Origin: Halocafeteria seosinensis
Taxonomy: Eukaryota
Length of the DNA: 64,000 nt
Direction: 5' to 3'
Assembly (NCBI GenBank): GCA_001687465.1
Contig: LVLI01001229.1
Coordinates: 1 to 64,000, forward strand
In this document: positions 31,301-40,399 of the stretch, in pieces
Position numbering within the stretch: the stretch's first letter is position 1
How the letters are laid out: every line of letters starts with the position of its first letter
Position numbers and translations under genes: made by a program
Notes under the pieces: model-generated
The model's database searches: none
What the model saw: only the letters and a program-made list of their open reading frames with translations
What the model was told of the DNA's origin: nothing

Positions 31301-32126
31301 CTTTAGGAGGAACGGGTGAATCCGTTTCGGTTGCTTCCGTCTGCTGCTCGTCGTGGGCTTCTTCACCTACTTCGATTTCGCGCATTTCGCATCGATCATC
31401 TCCCTCTCGTTGTTGGTTAGACTCACTCGTTTCCGATAGCTTCGACGAGCTTCTCGTCATCATTCCAGCCGTGGCGCTTCGCTCAACGCGCGATGTTGCC
31501 GTTGAGCGCTGATTACGTCGAGAGCCACCCGCGGTCGTCGGATCTCCCGACGTAGCAACATTACGCCTTGGAGGACGACGATCACTACTATCGGCGGTCT
31601 GTCTTTGTCCTCGTCGTTCAGCACTAACATCATCGGAAGCAATTGAAGCAGTTCCTCGTTCGTACGTTTTCTGGTCCTCCTTGACGGCGGCGGATTCGGA
31701 GCGAGGCCGTCGCTTCCCTTTCTTTTTCTTCCTTTTTCGCTGTGCCCCTTTCTTGTCCCTTACTTTCCCCCGATCATCTCCATCGTTGTTATGAGCATCG
31801 ATTTCTCCATCATACTCGGACGAAGCGGAAGCCGCCGACGACGATTCCACTCGGCGCTGATGTTGCTCGGACTGCACCATTCGTTGGCCATGGACGTCGT
31901 TGTATTCTTCATCAGGTTTATTATTAGTAGTAGTATTCAATGTATGAGAGTCGGCGGCGTACGGTGCTTGTCCTGTGCGAGACACCAATCGAGGTTGCCG
32001 TTGAGAGGGGTGCCGGCGGAGCTGGTGGTCTTTGAGAGCGTTTAATTCACGTTCCAGAGCACCCTCCGAGGTCGGAGAGGGTTCATACGATGCGTCACTA
32101 AACTCTCCATCGTCTGAAAGATTCAT
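22374..32126 (-). CDS. Large (~3,250 aa) protein: disordered N-terminus, degenerate NPHP3/TEP1/NWD-type NACHT-like domain, coiled coil, disordered C-terminus
   Basis: Stop-free ORF 22374..32564; likely start MNLSDDGEF at 32126. Motifs: LLLLGDPCSGYSS (Walker A-like, ~30880-30918), LIVHRCGAS..S..RTLLIRVIREI, RLIIVIDNVHLL (Walker B-like, ~30315-30348), QWMPLVTPKNVHIIMS, RRIARELHWQL..LREWKTL. Heptad-rich E/K/Q/R region at ~25100-25860. Confidence 0.8.
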   Translation of the reverse strand: MNLSDDGEFSDASYEPSPTSEGALERELNALKDHQLRRHPSQRQPRLVSRTGQAPYAADSHTLNTTTNNKPDEEYNDVHGQRMVQSEQHQRRVESSSAASASSEYDGEIDAHNNDGDDRGKVRDKKGAQRKRKKKKGKRRPRSESAAVKEDQKTYERGTASIASDDVSAERRGQRQTADSSDRRPPRRNVATSGDPTTAGGSRRNQRSTATSRVERSATAGMMTRSSSKLSETSESNQQREGDDRCEMREIEVGEEAHDEQQTEATETDSPVPPKAAAICKWMNYAEAHYLHPYDTSVYYVLDEYCGGSGEPSHVVDVAEPLWFGEGTSNEDRRDAEWQSDDENRMFASSPSSLANQAESRRGSEDDTEPRTKKGKGLPSHLWHQTADRVGLGVASNSGNQAPLLLLGDPCSGYSSTLLHWAHLRQLNHQGGRDGVNSMAELERLHNCLSSGESIDDTLAVSDDSSSRREDVFRPSSTALESSASPGKNVQRGQSGVDQHECLIVHRCGASREASKVRTLLIRVIREITSFFRLSTEISSTMAEDRLALQFSRVLDTVGRIAQTGGGAAAEATASGEGKDENEEDQGTSKTSTRLIIVIDNVHLLRSSVFEPFQWMPLVTPKNVHIIMSGMAPSSLIESYQSKADKLVESFERDHNQQIASSHSTSVIAQYASPNKSKNGSEKGGSDDLSVELPIYSLKWDQWIHEKGEDFSGAILVSRSSTAQAEHSMTFERMQEQDRTSEAHGSTGRQSARALSTVPDRTAETEFSLDSLDPEDVWRQIMFESERNIVVKDALRRKCPAIIVPSTARNQRYMDTQKLFSNSSFFENVASEDIEFYFCAWKRVHAYILEILTQREERLVQLGSSIEVPTDIVDAIAGIWISQCFGSVPALELICEAAVTRMLEQVDIGNFLSLSLPWDDVRPMLSRLSQNIHRLYESYVKRNEYAVPVDRHQMTTEVHIVLATEACSETMLQEWIEHTQAQLSRKAEEDSSAKCLLDVCNVERAFDLLMWILLVAREGVTWKEFVSFLARESFGKEDLSRGSDSSIGQQNVSISKFPVLGSMDDEYLLDQHLLPYVLQLLCRVFRFDIHPLCLQAEDTLQELLKGHNPVNASKRFVDSIDFLITCPIDTVFTRCASHRRLASYVASEYMNLRERNLATGSQHEEGRQISSAAAASIGLTSIRSSWASFLLHFVRAEEKIHRKDISSGGSQTLPTTETTSTSSHRSATRRIARELHWQLQVLREWKTLEDVLVDIHLFPDSWGSPEVQEMLEQEVEAARSGKKDLQTTAGNVRSSGEKKGETDELSSNERLRMGLEVASGVIPAGQSQGVYQCTWDNYRNLLECADLVPQALQRGSTKMMRECINAFAQSVETSFVSLDVCRTDIINAWSILTGSKKHPHLYPGGTVLAIERKPANAANDLSRKLKCLMKYVKKGRMAQVVSEQDCLDSPYVGVSSGDMQLGSGHRGLLHVCLSSVSTSGGGGKKENGFSYFDFPTWGKTIALIRSRQFDELALESSSTGTEKGEYQQISFVQENGESRKLARKRSRKKSFKSGKTKRLEGLNSLCIHASSRSELVHFQTYLRRCLAKGILAVAATRIVMNCWTRVQSGDSDSETSTDAEENEGKKDQPFSETRALPFGPSSSESEILQIEQLCRTCAPDLFSVFAGVTVLPKELAHWVSWLIPGNNSSSETSKKNVSSKGKKTGNASESRDLSDYVFRADPVVAYNKSIETWGYRLYGGNPPVDTRTLLLSAAAEILYHLGDVEARAEIEDNSRLRERLGKVAALEAATLSDDQEEPVAQHRSNPKFTEYFQETNAPLQSHRSKNPGLKLPVGRIDSPTENPEEVKFSILLCVATLSGGIVKSMVGGDNDPADKQLEKLGDTQEKRKINIDKKLLFYRNQLALSATSRMSLRQCVWTGLRFLHRPVDPSCLKDVHVSSLLRIGLEGNEPAEKHAKKLSISTVSSGYFFIRRWIWLQWPWFAALFAKVRSEEGRYASLKNSVASLSRDLEEATLKSFDEYCSKAPSQQDLEDFKENLERSSPMRQLRESQSRENMSRGGKSQRPTSPGASTGQDEDEEHKNLMDQGYSTEEVLMKRLNELRSEYDSLKMGIEKVDRENTHLESRVRQVDDSANMQAEEIMSNLTELKKLENKVYRYNASINAESAVAKWYEHLLKEVKAVPAHDEMYFSELAETINAARQKAGRMQQQATKVSFDLERMKQYDYEEALRRLQKAQEQNEAARHELQEQRKKMRREIKEHRDRERRKYQIEKEIKESEQQRAQKLAEQKIRTVEAEKRYADLGLPFHASYHEMSTKVDMLRWELEELNRENADKLHAYEEWTTSLSRISQLGGNLSQAKQVGARERAGSSASSRLPSVVGARTRSSSLSRQSDTLSSIIKRKTAERSNHQWQDLFRTRRQFLDVITSDHEEAERKLSEAEKLQNAGTNDAKQTAAEYGLCTLSINGLASKLRSKSPPRGKGHEEQMRTDESDSAVEEETREAQQLQRAWKHVRQIRQEVSASSSELQRLRRRVSYMFNSLYQVEIGVSHLATLANAPAMVSQKMLTAGVAGMPSYSYDTLSRIQETLTKRTTQIIGFVSREDGYVGQQVMNDGVAVERLERLIDYKDSTVLRNVCDHIQSVMYTRGGLTSDKIGHIEIDDAAPTLDITQAHSNAFRVMVSAVVLVWRGLPRAATFLRNVAYVVKTLSEHDVCLTVLASLPTRIWTKLVRSLKSDISQQTQTQTRHKAIADVVEMAIRIISSPNQIQPPASSTYKREKDERASEESEQHTPAPTPFSQQQHGGSFSQKSGPLMLQLETDEEGYINTEELEEATQVSKIKVDDDSRAYQRRASLSSTGRLPEISEEPKESERSSKLIQQQLTKMRRGSGVDGLDGLASLKVLAQDKEGQISPAPPESPSANSSADNAFSRFFGGDGSSEDDEGDDDQEAERTTTDFTGMYDRISSPVGKAVTMIQRGNQGKDQGEMNLKYQTTAYIQRSNQLSRRRLKGQSEKLKNENMSSEETTEAPQEPSKSEGKDASAPAEVGSSVGNQEKKKAPVEGSRFNKQGSAVEFHKIPTSELLKMQQRRHADFAAKREMRRARAKQHASIKSSMKRKNIAAQAVQAVADDVQLWDESFVAAGNSRLSEAMASYSEQTPEELRKDPGASGGPTRRTSMADVYAMGNEAEEEDDDEDVLFQPTSSRRGSTTGKRRGSALNSSKSSAVLPNRRYSQRDNDQKRSMRESGSLPALNRP

Positions 32127-33537
32127 CGTTGGAATCGCACACTTGGGAAAAATGGACGAGAGGAAACACTGCTGTAAACGGCCCCTTGCGACCGACGGTG
32201 ATGTGGGGGGTGGAATCCAATCGATAAAAAATATACAAGACAAGACGAAGGATGAATAAATCAAAGTCAAATTACTTATCTGATCGGATATAATTGGGGA
32301 AGATAGGTATATGGAAGGCACAACAATCCCTCCTGTTTTGGTTTTTTGTTTGCTGGTGTATGGAAAAACCAGAGTCGCATTATGCGATCCCCTGGCCTGG
32401 CCAAATACTGTAAGAAGCAGAAAATTGTAGGTATGATAATGATGTGGACGAGGAGAGCCCTCTGCCTGCTTATGTAGAAGTTTTTCAGGATATGACCTCA
32501 TGTGATCCATTAACGTGTAGGGTGTGTTATACCGTACGCGTTCTCCGACCAGAGAAGAGTTCATACCGAAACTTCATTTTGAGAGATTTTAGAATTTGGA
32601 TGAATAATGACGGCTCTTTTGGCAGCAACTTAGTAGCTGTCGGTAAGTCCGAGTCGACGGTAACACCGAGGAATTCTGACATTACCAATTCCGTACAAGC
32701 ACACTCAGAACCATACAGGGTAGAATTGACCGCCACTACGTTGGCAACATGGTACACTACTCTGAATGCTCTGAAGCATATTTATACATTGTATAATCAA
32801 TAAATTTATTCCATACACGGTGCGTTTAAGCAATTTTGACACACCATTTGTCTCGTTTACCGGTATCTACACTCAGTTGTGGTACACTCTTCACTTTTGC
32901 CAGTGGCGTCGCACGTGCGATCGCGAGGAAAGTGCCAAACCACTGGCTTGACGCCAGAAACGTAGGGAAACTTGGTGAAATTGGATGCATTCAGATCAAT
33001 CGCATTGACAGGGACAAGCTGATATCACCTTGGAGCAAGGTAAAGTAAACGTAACGGTATATCATGCCGCAGCGCCGAAGTAACGAAGGAATCCTCCATG
33101 GAATTGGAGAAGTCGTCCAAGTTCATTCAAGCTCGTGGCAATCCTTGTTAGTTTACAAAGACCAGTTATGTACGTTTGAGTACCAGTTCAGTCTGGATAG
33201 AGTCTCATAGCATTTTCTCGGGGGAGGTGAGTTCTTGAATATGCTTCAGCTGACCGCCGCTGGCTGGAGTTCAATTCATGGCTAAAGATGATGACGGTAG
33301 ATCTTTCGTCATCTCAATCACACTCTCATTGTCATTGTTTCTCTGAACAGCAGACGCATGAGAGGTTTTATATTCCGATTCTCGAATCCTGCGATGAGTC
33401 AACGTGGTGACTGGTTGCCCGGGGCTTCCAAACGTCTTCTGACGAGTTAGCTACAAACTACAGGGAAAAAGGCAGCTACAGGGAAAAAGGTAGAGTTCTT
33501 GGGTTCCTTTAGAGGCAAGATACGAAGTACTCCTCAG

Positions 33538-34986
33538 ATGTCGCTCTTGGAAGTTTATTTGAGGTGGTGGCAATTCCGACCGGCAACGGAAGATAGGGAA
33601 TTGGAAGACACGATAGCATACTGGGAATGTGTTGGAAGTAGATGCGATGAACATGAGGATAAGGATGAGCGCAAAACTGTCATTGAGAACATGGGATGGC
33701 ATAAATGCTCGTTACGAATACTATCGGGAGCTGATTTGGCGAAAAAAGCTGCCAAGTATCCTCGGTTCCGTGGGAAGTGCATCATGAATCGGCTCGTGGA
33801 TCTTTCAGATGCGGACCTCTCTGAATTACCACCTCTGTTAGAACACTTGCACATTGTTTCTTGTAATAATCTTTCTGATGAAGGATTTTCCACAATCCCC
33901 CGCAGTCTTACTTCCTTAGATATCATTAGAGGCTACAGAGCAGGAATCACGGATGGAGCGTTTGAGCATCTTCCCCAACGACTAAGAAAATTGGACATTA
34001 CCGCATGTTTTCAGACATCCATCACGGACATCGCATTCCAAAATCTTCCGCCAAACTTGACAGCTTTGAAGCTACCGCTATGCGACCAAAGAACAATAAC
34101 TGATAACATGCTTCACGGTTTACCGAGACAATTGAGACACCTGGATATTTCCAGGTGCCACCAAGAGACTATTTCTAGCAAGGGATTGAGGTATTTGCCT
34201 GAGGCTCTGGAAACTCTATGGATTAAATTTTGCAACCAAGAGACGATCGCCGATGATGCTTTTCAATGGCTGCCTCGAAGCTTGAAGGATCTCGATTTGA
34301 GACAATGTTATCAGACTACCATTACGAATGCGGCACTACAATACCTTCCTGATGGATTGACGTCGCTGACACTGATGGGTTGCAAACAGTCTACCATCAC
34401 TGACCGAGCGTTCCAATACCTTCCGCACCAGCTCAAGCAGATCGATATCTCATTGTGTTCCCAATCAACCATAAGCGACGACGCGTTCCGGCACTTGCCA
34501 CGGAACCTAACAGCATTGAAAATGAGCCGATGCGATCAGCGTACAATTACCAGTTCCGCGTTCCGCCACTTGCCCCACAGTCTAAGGCATTTGGATATCT
34601 CATTTTGCAATCAGCAAACTATCGGAAATCTCGCATTTGGCTTTCTTCCTAGAAGTTTGACGTCCCTAAGAATCGAAGATTGCGATCAAACGACGATCAC
34701 TGACGATGGCTTTCGCCGGTTACCTTCCTCGATTACATGTTTGAATATGGAATCATGCTGTCAAACTACCATTACTGATAGCGCCTTCGGATATTTGAGC
34801 AGCGAGTTGACGTCTCTGAATATGCGGTCTTGCTTCCAGAGAACTGTTACAGCAGAGGTCCTCCAGTACTTTGCCAGCCTTCGGGAGCTAGATATCCGAG
34901 GATGTGACCAGCTGCCCATCAGCCGAGAGTCATTTGCCGATTTCAAGCACCTGACCTGGCTACGAGCCTCATCCGATGGAGAATAA
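33538..34986 (+). CDS. Leucine-rich repeat protein with ~15 copies of a 25-aa LRR
   Basis: Repeat consensus LPxxLxxLDIxxCxQxTITDxAFxx from ~33830 to ~34950. First ATG 33538 is preceded by ...TCCTCAG, so an upstream exon cannot be excluded. Confidence 0.88.
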   Translation: MSLLEVYLRWWQFRPATEDRELEDTIAYWECVGSRCDEHEDKDERKTVIENMGWHKCSLRILSGADLAKKAAKYPRFRGKCIMNRLVDLSDADLSELPPLLEHLHIVSCNNLSDEGFSTIPRSLTSLDIIRGYRAGITDGAFEHLPQRLRKLDITACFQTSITDIAFQNLPPNLTALKLPLCDQRTITDNMLHGLPRQLRHLDISRCHQETISSKGLRYLPEALETLWIKFCNQETIADDAFQWLPRSLKDLDLRQCYQTTITNAALQYLPDGLTSLTLMGCKQSTITDRAFQYLPHQLKQIDISLCSQSTISDDAFRHLPRNLTALKMSRCDQRTITSSAFRHLPHSLRHLDISFCNQQTIGNLAFGFLPRSLTSLRIEDCDQTTITDDGFRRLPSSITCLNMESCCQTTITDSAFGYLSSELTSLNMRSCFQRTVTAEVLQYFASLRELDIRGCDQLPISRESFADFKHLTWLRASSDGE

Positions 34987-35131
34987 ACTGCGCTTCATAG
35001 TAATGGCAGCTTGGGGAGGAGCTAGGTATCCTATCCTACGACGGTGTTTATTTATCACTGTCCTGGAATTGTGAGCCTACGCCGTACTCTTGCCCACGGA
35101 TGGTTTTTCGTCGGATAGCTGAGCAAAGCAT

Positions 35132-37504
35132 TCAGTCTCCTTCTGAGAGACGAGCTCTAACTTGTATCATGAGACCGTGTTTTATCGGAAGAGTAAGACT
35201 GTCTTCGTAAGTAACGGATTCTTTATCTACCAGGTGCAGATGGTAGCGCTGTGTTTGTTAGGAAGCAACGTCACTTCAAACAGTTGAGCTCAGCAGCTCA
35301 GCAGCAATTACATGATTACCTACCTTGTATATAGCGGCCAATACCGTAGTCGCCTCGAATACAGCCATGTACTGGCCTAGGCACGTTCTAGGGCCCGCCT
35401 GGAACACTGGGTACCGAAACATTGAAGGCTTGGGCTCATCGACGAATCTGAGAATTACAGTGTCCTCATTCGACGTTCGAAGGAATACTGGCTTGGAACA
35501 GCGACTCACCTCTGTGGTGCAAATTTGGTCGGATTGTCCCAAATGGAACCCATACGCCCCATTACATAGGGCATGTATATAACATTGGAGCCTGCTGGTA
35601 ACACAGTTCCGTCCGGAAGGGTATCGTCATCTACCACGCGTTTCAGATTGGTTGGTACTGATGGATACAGACGGAGGGCTTCTTTCACTACAGCAGATAC
35701 ATAACTGCATGCGACACCTTCTATTTTTCTGAACTATCAGGAAAATTACAGAGACAACTTACGTCATCTGTCGAGTCTGGTCGTACGTGGGCACGGGCTC
35801 GTCTCCCAGTACTTCATCTATTTCCTTCCGCATCTGTATCGCCGCTAATTTGGAGTATACGTGAAATGGCCCGCACGAATAAGATACGCAATTTTACCTT
35901 TGCTTCTACCTCGGGATGCTGTGCAACCAAGAAAACTGTCCAACTCATTGCTTGTGCAGTGGTGTCTCTGTCACCGGTTTCGTATATAAAAGTCATCTCA
36001 GTTCAACATTTTGCAAAAGGGTAAAGCTTACCTCCCGGCTAGAAGAAGATTCATGACCACGTCTCTCAAGCCCTTTTCACTAAAGGCTTGTTCCCCATCC
36101 GTGTTTTCAGCCTTGAGGAATCTAGAGAGAGCATCCTGTTTGGTGTGATATGTTTCGTCGTTCCTTCTTTGCCGAATCATGTCGTACGTATAGTCATCCA
36201 ATACCTGAGAGGCAGAAAAGATAAGGAAGGGTACTACTCGTATTGGCAAGACTAATGGCTTACTTTGACCAGGCTTCGAAGTCGAATGGTGGTGGGATCA
36301 AAGTGGACTTTCCATTTCCAAAGTGGGTCATCCATCCGCATCTTGACAAGGTGTTGAACTCTGCAACGCCCTTTAGGATATAGCTAAACCAACAACACTA
36401 AGACAACGTCTTTTGTTTCATCGCCATACTCGTTGAACGACTCTGCAAAAGGATTATCCGGATTTTCCATAGAATTAATGTTCACTCCAAATGCAATTTC
36501 CCCAATGGAGTCCAGGGTAAAGCGATGGAAGAAATTATGCAGATCCAAAGCAGTTCCCTGCTGTAAAGCAGTTTGGAGTTCCTGTATAATAGCAGACGAT
36601 ACTCGCATGGATTTGCTATACCGCAAAACACATTCATAGCATACTCACATCATCGAGATACTTTACATGGCCCCTGAACGTGGTTTCCATTTTGCTCCGG
36701 AATTCTCTTGCGGAGAACATCGGTGAGAGCAGTTTCCGTTGTTGTCTCCATTTTTCTCCATCGACGTTGAAAATACCTGAAAGGAGCATACTTTCAATGT
36801 ACAGCCGTTCCTTTCGGCGAACAGAAGTGTACGAACCATCTCCCAGTAGTTCCTCCATAAACCCGTGGAATTCTGGACCCTTGATGTAGTTCTGTGCACA
36901 GCATCTCCATTCACATTACATTAACAAGAGCTCAAAGGAGTGATTATCTGAGCGATTGGCACATACAGAAAAATTTGTTCTCAAAATATGCTCGAGACAC
37001 TCCGGTTTGAAAACGAAAGCGGTTCGCGGCTTCAGCGGCATTTTGATTTGAAACGTTTCACCCTTGAACTGAAGCGCAGAAGCAAACAATTGGATCCCGG
37101 TCAAGTTCTTCATCACCAGAGAGTATCCCCTTAGGTACTTACGACATCTGTGGCATAGTAGGCGAACATTCTCAAGCGGTCTTTGGCAACCACTGGCAAC
37201 AAAGGTAAGTTGCAAATGAATGGCCATTCAAAGAATCCCGAACAGTTCATACGCTGCGAGGAATATCAAACCAATACTATTATAAGAATGCCAATATATC
37301 CTCAAAACCAAGAATGAGCTGAATCACGTAGAATACCCGCTATACGAGAAGGGATAAGATAATTCGTACCATGCGCTGGAAATATTGATTCACCACGGAG
37401 GCCAATGCTATCGTTACCAGTAGTAGCACAGCATTTTGTGCCGTGCACAGAGAGTACGATATCCCATACAATCGCTGCACAAGGTCAAATATCCTTAATT
37501 GCAT
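35132..37504 (-). CDS. Cytochrome P450, clan-86-like (CYP704/CYP86-type putative fatty-acid hydroxylase), copy A, 13 exons, ~509 aa
   Basis: Exons read by hand: 37504-37370, 37253-37143, 37068-36967, 36891-36837, 36776-36649, 36581-36430, 36360-36264, 36204-36032, 35967-35898, 35833-35763, 35704-35510, 35447-35324, 35248-35132. All introns GT-AG, 58-116 nt; total 1530 nt in frame. Motifs: N-terminal [29 protein letters not shown] (ExxR), [14 protein letters not shown]. Confidence 0.93.
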
Positions 37505-38034
37505 TATTGCGGACGGGACCTGGCTTCCGACTCTCCAAGAAAGGGACTGCACAACCGCGAGGGTGAGGACGCAACTCGTCCAATTTTCTGCGTACTGTAG
37601 GGCTTTCGTAGAGGGGAATGAATTGCCAAACCAAGTGGGGCATGAATGCACTACCTGGTACTATCGAATCATGACAAATCCAGCGTCGTCCCGAACACCA
37701 TACCAACATTTCTGTGACCTGGGAACTTCAAGAACGCGTCCTCGAAGGAACGGGATTGTACCACACTGGAATTGTGAGCGAGTACTTCAGAAATCATCGG
37801 GCATTACCCCAGAATTTGGGACGAGTATTCAGCACTCAATATGTTGTTGAAGGGTGGTATGAACTGTAAGTAGTGACTCGTGAGTTTCGCTGTTACAAGT
37901 AATTTGTGCATTCCTTCGTCAGACAGAATCTTTTACATTGGGGGAGTTAATAAAGGTAGAGCCAATGCAAACTGATATAGTATTTGATAGGGATTTCATA
38001 TGTAAAGTGAATCGAGAGTCGCAGAATCCCGTTA

Positions 38035-40399
38035 TTAAGGTCGAGGAAGCACTCGTACTTGCAGGCCGTGTTTCATCGGCAGTGTCAGACTCTTATCGTA
38101 CTCAACGGAATTCTTATCTACCAAACGGAGATGATAATGCTGTAATGCATGCGAGAATTAGTCTCAACCAAACAGTGACAAAAGAACAGCACAACTACCT
38201 ACCTTGTACATAGCAGATAACACTGTTGTCGCCTCGAACACAGCCATGTGCTGGCCTAAACATGTACGTGGCCCAGCTTGAAATACAGGATATCGGAACA
38301 TGGATGGTTTAGGATCATCCACAAACCTGCTCATGAAAGTATTCGGTCAATTTAAGAAAAGCGCCTGGCAGCACAAAAGCATAGGAGAAGTCTCACCTTT
38401 GGGGATTAAAAGTCAGTGGTGCTTCCCAAACTGAGTTTAGTCGTCCCATGGCATATGGCATGTATAACACATTGGAGCCAGCCGGCACGAAGGTGCCGTC
38501 TGGAAGTCTGTCATCATTTACTGCCATTTTCACATTACTTGGTACTGAAGGGTACAGTCGAAGTGTTTCTTTAAGTACTGCAGCCACGTATCTGCGAGAA
38601 GACGCTATGGCTCACTCTGTGATCGGCTAGCATAGCAATGACTTACTTCATCTGTCGAGTCTGGTCGTACGTAGGGATTTCAGTATCACCAAGCACTTCA
38701 TCAATTTCTTTTCGCATCTGCGCATATTGAAAAAGGTGCATAGTTTCCATCAGGTAGGAAGGGATGGAACAAAGGCTACCTTTTCTTCCACCTCCGGGTG
38801 TTGACTGATCAGGAAAACTGCCCAACTTAGGGCTTGCGCAGTAGTATCCCTGCGACCAAAGAAATTAACATTGGATGAAATCTATTCCCTACAACAAAAG
38901 TCTTACCTTCCAGCTATCAGGAAACTCATGACTACGTCTCTCAAACCCTTCTCAGTGAACGCTTGCTCACCGGTTTCCGTTTCAGCCTTCAAGAACCTGG
39001 ATAGTGCATCGTTCTTGGTACGATATGTCCCATCTTTCCTTCGTTGCCGGATGATTTCGTAAGCATAGTCGTCCATTACCTTTGCCAGTAAAGCTAGTGT
39101 CAAAGCGCATACCGAAGCACTGTTATCCGTTCCACGAGCATGGGACTTACTTGCACAAGACCCCGCAGCCGGATAGTTTTTGGATCGAAATAGTAAGTTA
39201 ATTTCCAGAGAGGATCGTCGAATCTTGCCTTAATCAAACGCTGAACCCTGCAACACCAAAAGTAGCAGAATCCACGTACCGACCGAATTGACAGTCTATC
39301 TTCTCCATACTCATTAAAAGAATTTGCGAATGGCGTGTCCTGATTCTCCATGGAGTTGATGTTGACTCCGAAAGCAATTTCCCCAATGGAGTCCAACGTG
39401 AAGCGATGAAATAAGTTGTGGATATCCATGGTTGCTCCTTGTTGCGAGGTCTTGTTAAGTTCCTGAAAAAGAATAGATTCTCATGTAAAGCATTCTTCAA
39501 CCCCTTGCAAAAAACGAAGCCACATTACCTTGTGAAAATATTCCATGTGACTCCTGAAGGTATTTTCCATCTTATTCCGAAATTCTCTTGCGGAGAACAT
39601 ATAAGATGCCAGCTTTCTTTGACGCCTCCACTTTTCTCCGTCTACGTTGAAAATTCCTGTAGAAGCAATCCACCAGAGCATGCGAGACACACGTCACAAT
39701 CTCTGGAAAACGGAACGAACCATCGCCTAGGAGCTCCTCCATTATCGTATAAAATACTGGGCCTTTGACATAGTTCTGAACGCCACATGAGCAATCCCGC
39801 GCGTTTGTCAAGTAAAACTTCGGTAACAACTTCTCGTAGGGATGGCACTTACGGAAAATTTGGTGTCGAGTATGTGCTCAACGCAATCAGGTCTCAGAAC
39901 GACAAGTGTGCGTGGTTTTAACGGGATCTTGACTTGGAAGGTTTTACCTTTGAACTGCGAGCATACACACCCTACGAATAGCTACTCTCCACTTTGTCCC
40001 AAACCACACCCAATACAATATGGTATACTTACAACGTCGGTAGCATAGTGCGTAAGCGTTTTTAAAGGGTCTTCCATGATGGTCGCCAAGATAGGCAGAT
40101 TGCTGATGAATGGCCATTCGAAGAATCCCGGACAATTAACACGCTGTAACGAATCATTAACATGGCCAGGTTATCTCAAATCTGTTCATCATACCCTAGG
40201 TGGATCGAAGATTTGCACAAAAGATTCCATCCCGCACCCCGAAACCAAGAAGCAGTCTTACCATGCGTTGAAAATATTGGCTCACCAAGGACGCGATCCC
40301 AATCGTCCCCAGAATTAGAAGCAGCTGATGGACGGAGAAAAACGACCAGAACATCCCGTATATCCTCTGGCCAAAGGCCACTGTCCACGTATCCGGCAT
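38035..40399 (-). CDS. Cytochrome P450, clan-86-like, copy B (tandem paralog), 13 exons, ~506 aa
   Basis: Exons: 40399-40262, 40143-40033, 39954-39853, 39775-39721, 39656-39529, 39462-39311, 39247-39151, 39079-38907, 38849-38780, 38717-38647, 38591-38397, 38326-38203, 38139-38035. Introns GT-AG, 55-118 nt; 1521 nt in frame. Internal exon lengths identical to copy A. Motifs [24 protein letters not shown]. Confidence 0.93.

Noticed and set aside
32127..32564. 146-aa N-terminal extension of the large minus-strand ORF
   Set aside because: AT-rich, non-coding-like composition (T runs); MNLSDDGEF at 32126 looks like the real start. Not excluded without transcript data.
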